Source: Anaerolineae bacterium
GTDB taxonomy: Bacteria; Chloroflexota; Anaerolineae; Aggregatilineales; UBA3940
DNA: 64,000 nt
Assembly (NCBI GenBank): GCA_034435035.1
Contig: DAOTXW010000040.1
Span: 83,144-147,143, forward strand
Reading direction: 5' to 3'
Below the pieces are notes generated by a model. That model saw nothing but the letters and a program-made list of their open reading frames with translations, was not told the origin of the DNA and ran no database searches. Made by a program: the position numbers and the translations under genes. Of the stretch, positions 63,783 to 64,000 are shown piece after piece (positions within the stretch are counted from its first letter, which is position 1; each line of letters starts with the position of its first letter).

Positions 63783-64000
63783 TACTGGATCGCCTCCTCG
63801 ATCGGTCGTCCCAGGTAGGCAGCGATGACGCGGGGGTCGCGCTTGACTTCATCGGGTGTGCCTTCGGCGATTTTGACACCGTAGTCAAGCACCGTCACCT
63901 GATCGGAGATGCCCATCACCACCCGCATATCGTGTTCGATGAGCAGGATGCTGAGCTGCATCTCATCGCGGATGCGCGTGATGAAGCCCATGAGCTCCTC
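63782..64000 (-). CDS. livG: Branched-chain amino acid ABC transporter ATP-binding protein, C-terminal part (5' end outside the window)
   Basis: ILLIEHDMRVVMGISDQVTVLDYGVKIAEGTPDEVKRDPRVIAAYLG; TAATG coupling to livF. Confidence 0.9.

Overview
A 64-kb chromosomal window with no rRNA, tRNA, CRISPR array or transposase. Gene content suggests a GC-rich Chloroflexota bacterium, probably Anaerolineae; this is an inference from the TIGR03662/DUF2298 and TIGR03663-type membrane proteins and the Pro/Thr-rich lipoproteins. From left to right it holds: a truncated membrane protein; a matrixin-SH3b protease; a glycogen operon (three GH57 enzymes, glgA, glgC); a TPR-SLT lytic transglycosylase lipoprotein; a PfkB kinase; an orphan response regulator; two PPC-repeat lipoproteins; rplY; a metal-handling cluster; a PA14-repeat secreted protein; a UroD-like protein; a ~20-kb minus-strand glycosylation island; rsmD; a tRNA nucleotidyltransferase; hpt; tdk; rpmE-rpmA-rplU; a MarR-controlled heterodimeric ABC exporter; a stand-alone GT-C gene; and livF/livG. 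Two candidate systems stand out. (1) The glycosylation island carries about six GT-C-type modules, a GT4, a methyltransferase and a flippase-like protein. It embeds an ECF sigma / zinc anti-sigma pair whose only outward-facing domain is a Thr-rich tail, which may let it sense glycosylation. (2) The metal cluster has a Fur-family box and an orphan ZnuA-like lipoprotein, with no ABC permease or ATPase beside it. The lipoprotein gene is followed by a perfect 16-bp inverted repeat and a YcgR/YcgQ-type permease pair. All family calls come from motif recognition by eye; no database search was run.
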